In this document: one piece after another, positions 60,677-64,000 of the stretch
How positions within the stretch are numbered: the stretch's first letter is position 1
How the letters are laid out: the number at the start of each line of letters is the position of its first letter
DNA from: a virus
Lineage: Duplodnaviria > Caudoviricetes
Strand: one strand, 5' to 3'
IMG/VR virus record: IMGVR_UViG_3300047561_001367
Location: 61,471 to 125,470 of that record
DNA length: 64,000 bases
Made by a program: the position numbers and the translations under genes
Notes under the pieces: model-generated
The model's database searches: none
The model's input: only the letters and a program-made list of their open reading frames with translations
What the model was told of the DNA's origin: nothing

Positions 60677-61351
60677 TTATATATTATTTAAAATATTTAG
60701 CATTAAAGACTCCATACTAGGAGTATCATAACACTCTTCAGAATCTTTATTTGGCGAATCTATGATTGCTTTTCTTAAACTTGCAACTTCATCTTTAGCC
60801 GTTTCAGAAGGTTGTGACTGATACCAGTTTATTAAAGCTCGTATTAATTCGTATATACTTATTACCGAAGCAATAATATTTGCACGGTATAAGAGTACTT
60901 TTAAATTTATAAATTTATAGGCATTGTACCATGCTAATTTTTTTGCGGCGCATTGTGCTGCATAAATTGTTCCTACTTTGATATTTACGCATTTTCTTTC
61001 TATCAAGCTTGCGTCTTCCAAAGACTTACTAACGATTGAATCAAGCGGAGCTTTTTGAGCTTTTAACTCGCCTAGTTTTGATAATTTACTTTGGCATTCA
61101 TCCGTTAGAGATTTCCCTTGCTTATATAAGCTCTCTATTTCTTCATCTAGTGCTTTAATTTCGTCCTCGAATTTATAGCATTTATCTTTTGTCAAATTTG
61201 CCAAATCTTTGCATGCGTCTCTTTCTCTTGTTAGTCTTTCAAGCTCCCTATTAGCTTCCGCTCTTGCATTTAATAATTGTGACGTAGCATCTATTATCAA
61301 AAAAGGGAGTGATAATAATATAGCTCTTAATAAAAATGCTAAAAATGGCAT
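60677..61351 (-). CDS. Coiled-coil protein with two hydrophobic segments
   Basis: ORF track; GTGTAA 9 nt upstream (61361-61366). Confidence 0.6.
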   Translation of the reverse strand: MPFLAFLLRAILLSLPFLIIDATSQLLNARAEANRELERLTRERDACKDLANLTKDKCYKFEDEIKALDEEIESLYKQGKSLTDECQSKLSKLGELKAQKAPLDSIVSKSLEDASLIERKCVNIKVGTIYAAQCAAKKLAWYNAYKFINLKVLLYRANIIASVISIYELIRALINWYQSQPSETAKDEVASLRKAIIDSPNKDSEECYDTPSMESLMLNILNNI

Positions 61352-61409
61352 ATTTATTTATTACACAAATTTTTCTTTACAATCTTAAAAATGTTTATAC
61401 CATAAAAAT

Positions 61410-62444
61410 ATGGCAAACGACCTCAATACAATCAAAAATAAATTAAACCAATATTTTAAATTGGGTAAAAACGTACTATTAGAAGGTAAACACGGAACTG
61501 GAAAAACAAGTCTTGTTACTGAAATTTTTGATAAAAATTGTAAAAATTGGTTGTATTTTTCTGGTTCCACTCTTGATCCTTGGGTTGATTTTATTGGTGT
61601 TCCAAAAGAAGTAAAACGTGGTAATGAATACGTATTATCGTTTGTACTACCGGAAAAAATGAGTGACGATAAAGTTGAAGCAATTTTTATTGATGAATAC
61701 AATCGTAGCCATAAAAAAGTTCGCAATGGAACAATGGAATTAATCCAATTTAAAAGTATTAATGGGCGTAAATTCCCCAATCTTAAAGTGGTATGGGCAG
61801 CAATTAATCCTAATGATGATGACGATGAAATTTACGATGTTGAAACTCTAGATGGGGCTCAAACCGACCGTTTTCAAGTACAAATTAAAGTTCCATTTAT
61901 TCCAGATTATGAATATTTTGTTAAAAAATTTGGATTAGACCATACAAAATCTGCACTTGAATGGTGGAATGGTATGCCAGATAAAGCTAAAAAAATGGTT
62001 TCTCCGCGTCGTTTGGACTACGCATTGGAAATTTTTAAGGAGGGCGGCGATGTATTCGATGTTCTTCCGCTTGAAACAAACCCTACAAAACTCTTGGCAA
62101 CATTAAAAGTGGGCAGTCTAGAAGATAAATTAAAAAGTTTATTTAAAGCCAAAAACGCTGATAAAGCTAAAACGTTTTTTGAACAAGAGAACAACTTTCA
62201 AGCGGCGCTACCTATTATTAAAAGAAATGACGAGTATTTGAAATTTTTTCTTCCAACAGTGGATAATGAAAGAATTTCCTCCCTATTCTTTAGTGATAAT
62301 AAATTTCGTGAATTTATTTTAGAGCATGCTCCATATTTTAAACCCGCTCTTGAAGAAATCTCTAAGCTAAAGTCTTTAAACAAAAATGATTTGGGTCAAA
62401 TTAATCAAGCCCTTAAACAAGTAGGCAATATTACTTACTTCTAA
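61410..62444 (+). CDS. MoxR-like AAA+ ATPase
   Basis: GKHGTGKT, FIDEYNR, AAINP, LD.A..DRF, SPR; TTTACA-16nt-TACCAT promoter 6 nt upstream. Confidence 0.85.
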   Translation: MANDLNTIKNKLNQYFKLGKNVLLEGKHGTGKTSLVTEIFDKNCKNWLYFSGSTLDPWVDFIGVPKEVKRGNEYVLSFVLPEKMSDDKVEAIFIDEYNRSHKKVRNGTMELIQFKSINGRKFPNLKVVWAAINPNDDDDEIYDVETLDGAQTDRFQVQIKVPFIPDYEYFVKKFGLDHTKSALEWWNGMPDKAKKMVSPRRLDYALEIFKEGGDVFDVLPLETNPTKLLATLKVGSLEDKLKSLFKAKNADKAKTFFEQENNFQAALPIIKRNDEYLKFFLPTVDNERISSLFFSDNKFREFILEHAPYFKPALEEISKLKSLNKNDLGQINQALKQVGNITYF

Positions 62445-62629
62445 CAATAAAAAAGCTCTTTTAGAAAACTCCATCCAGCAGCCCCAGCCACCCCTAATTG
62501 CGCGGTAAATGCAGCTGTATGCGTAACTTGACCGATTAAAAGAAGAACGGATCCAGTAAGTAATAATAATGAAACAATTCCCAGAGTATTTAAACAATTA
62601 TTAATCGCTTGCTTCATTTTTTTACTCAT
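62441..62629 (-). CDS. Small two-helix membrane protein (holin-like?)
   Basis: Two hydrophobic segments, 62 aa. Confidence 0.45.
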   Translation of the reverse strand: MSKKMKQAINNCLNTLGIVSLLLLTGSVLLLIGQVTHTAAFTAQLGVAGAAGWSFLKELFYC

Positions 62630-62637
62630 AATTTTAA

Positions 62638-62952
62638 TTAAGTTTTATTGCTTAAAACAGCTACAGAACGTTCAATTTCTCTGAGCCGTATTTCAATAAG
62701 ATCAAGAGTTTTATTTTGAGTATTATCAATTTGATTTTTAATTTCTAATTGACCTAAAATTAATTCGATTTTTTGAATTTGATCTTGGCTTTTCTGGAAT
62801 TCCGTGCGGGTAATAAAAGTATTTTGTAAGTAAAGACTTGCAATCATAAAGCCTAAAATAGCCAATTTCCATATATTATCAAAAGATAAGAGTTCGTGAA
62901 GAGTAATTGGTTTTGGGTTATTATGAACTTTAATTTTATTGGAATTAACCAT
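62638..62952 (-). CDS. Single-TM coiled-coil protein
   Basis: IWKLAILGFMIASLYL followed by a heptad region. Confidence 0.5.
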   Translation of the reverse strand: MVNSNKIKVHNNPKPITLHELLSFDNIWKLAILGFMIASLYLQNTFITRTEFQKSQDQIQKIELILGQLEIKNQIDNTQNKTLDLIEIRLREIERSVAVLSNKT

Positions 62953-62988
62953 ATCCTGTGTAAGTAATATTACATTTAAAATCTTAAC

Positions 62989-63636
62989 ATGGCCTACATA
63001 AATACAGACATACCACTTTTTTCGGCCTATTTAGACAAAAGTTTTTTATATGATAAAAACCCAAGAGAAGAGAATGGGTTTATTCCTATAGAGATATTTG
63101 GGTTCACTTCTTTAAATCGTAGATGTGGATTATTTTCAGTAATGAGTGATATGGGAAGCGTCCATGCAAGAGTCCCAATACATTATATTGTAACAAATCC
63201 AGAGAATCCTTCTAATTTTCCATTAGATTGGTTACAACTATGGGATTCATATAGCCCTTATTTTAATTGTTATAGATATGAATACTTGAAAAATCTTGCT
63301 TGCAAAGTTCTTTTAAAAGATAAAAAATGGCATAATGCTAAATATTTAATGACTTTTGATTGGTGTTATGGGCCAGAATTTCAAACAGGGCAAGCAGAAA
63401 ATCCTGGTGGTCATAAACAAGGACATCTTTTAGTTGGAGAGGGCGGTCAATTATTTATTCAACCTGGAAATCGTGTTATTTGGCGTGATGGTGGCGCATG
63501 GATTGGAAAAGAACTCGATGGTCATCAAAAATGGCGCGCATTTAGTAAAGAATTTTCATGTGAACAAAATGGCAGTCGTTGGTTTGCTGGAGAAGAGGAA
63601 CTATACTTTTACCAATTTGAGCCTAATAAAGATTAA
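62989..63636 (+). CDS. Conserved-looking hypothetical phage protein
   Basis: MAYIN.DIP, LQLWD..S, YLMTFDW, HK..H, QP.NR.IW pattern recurrent in aquatic phages. Confidence 0.6.
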   Translation: MAYINTDIPLFSAYLDKSFLYDKNPREENGFIPIEIFGFTSLNRRCGLFSVMSDMGSVHARVPIHYIVTNPENPSNFPLDWLQLWDSYSPYFNCYRYEYLKNLACKVLLKDKKWHNAKYLMTFDWCYGPEFQTGQAENPGGHKQGHLLVGEGGQLFIQPGNRVIWRDGGAWIGKELDGHQKWRAFSKEFSCEQNGSRWFAGEEELYFYQFEPNKD

Positions 63637-63673
63637 TATTGATTTTTAAACCAGATATCTTTACCATGTATTC

Positions 63674-64000
63674 ATGAATAATACGGTAGAGTTAATCGGT
63701 TACTATGGTTCAGACGACGTTCACGCCTGTTCAGCTTGGACTTCGACAAGTAGGGAGATTACAGAAGAAAAGCGTGCGCGAATTCCAAGTCTATTAAAAA
63801 TGCTTGCTGAAGCTGGGCATCACACCCCATTTGAAAAATCTTCATTACATTTTCTAGTTAATTGTGATATCGCTAGCCATATTCATTTGATAAAACACAG
63901 GGTTGGGGTTAGTGTTAATGGAGAATCTGCCCGTTATAAAGAATTAAAAGAAGACAAATATTACATTCCTGATGATTGGAAGGATATTGGATGCGAAGAC
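63674..64000 (+). CDS. thyX: Flavin-dependent thymidylate synthase (partial, runs off the window)
   Basis: MNNTVELIG...GHHTPFE...HLIKHRVGVSVNGESARY; TTGATT-17nt-TACCAT promoter 6 nt upstream. Confidence 0.9.
   Translation, partial: MNNTVELIGYYGSDDVHACSAWTSTSREITEEKRARIPSLLKMLAEAGHHTPFEKSSLHFLVNCDIASHIHLIKHRVGVSVNGESARYKELKEDKYYIPDDWKDIGCED

Noticed and set aside
60317-60677. Conventional cis-splicing intron joining the 224-aa and 1481-aa ORFs
   Set aside because: The upstream ORF has its own stop, an in-frame TAA directly precedes the downstream ATG, and no P2 fits before P3
1872-63649. Short (60-130 aa) nested or antisense ORFs in the track
   Set aside because: They overlap well-supported longer genes and lack motifs or initiation signals
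1-64000. Stop-codon recoding, tRNAs, diversity-generating retroelement
   Set aside because: Standard code gives near-complete coding density; no cloverleaf, reverse transcriptase or TR/VR pair seen by eye

Overview
AT-rich, densely coding segment of a large tailed dsDNA bacteriophage genome, read in the standard genetic code. No rRNA, tRNA, CRISPR array or transposase was seen. Positions 1-22 kb hold a + strand operon of large Ser/Thr/Gly-rich, probably virion (tail/baseplate/fibre) proteins with Ig-like, FG-GAP, RCC1-like and VWD-like modules and many poly-Ser tracts. Positions 22-49.5 kb hold replication, recombination and nucleotide genes (Rad52/Sak-like SSAP, sigma factor, SSB-like, NrdJ, RecA-like, dNMP kinase, DnaB, primase, dCMP deaminase, PD-(D/E)xK nucleases, a three-gene PHP/DnaQ/DnaE polymerase) mixed with about 9 sugar-nucleotide and glycosyltransferase genes. 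Positions 49.5-64 kb hold tube-like genes, a Dps-like gene, a DUF2201-VWA gene and a MoxR AAA gene separated by a minus-strand block, and a partial thyX. Two promoter classes recur: sigma70-type, and a GTGTAA motif 8-10 nt before start codons; both imply mostly leaderless mRNAs. The standout is a complete group I ribozyme core (P3-P9, minus strand, about 60388-60610) that interrupts no gene. It has its own GTGTAA motif and a boxA-like element, lacks P1/P2 on its 5' side, and has P1/P2-like hairpins downstream of the omega-G. It is a candidate natural circularly permuted or trans-acting group I ribozyme in the leader of a 1481-aa fibre gene. All protein calls come from motif recognition by eye, not database searches.
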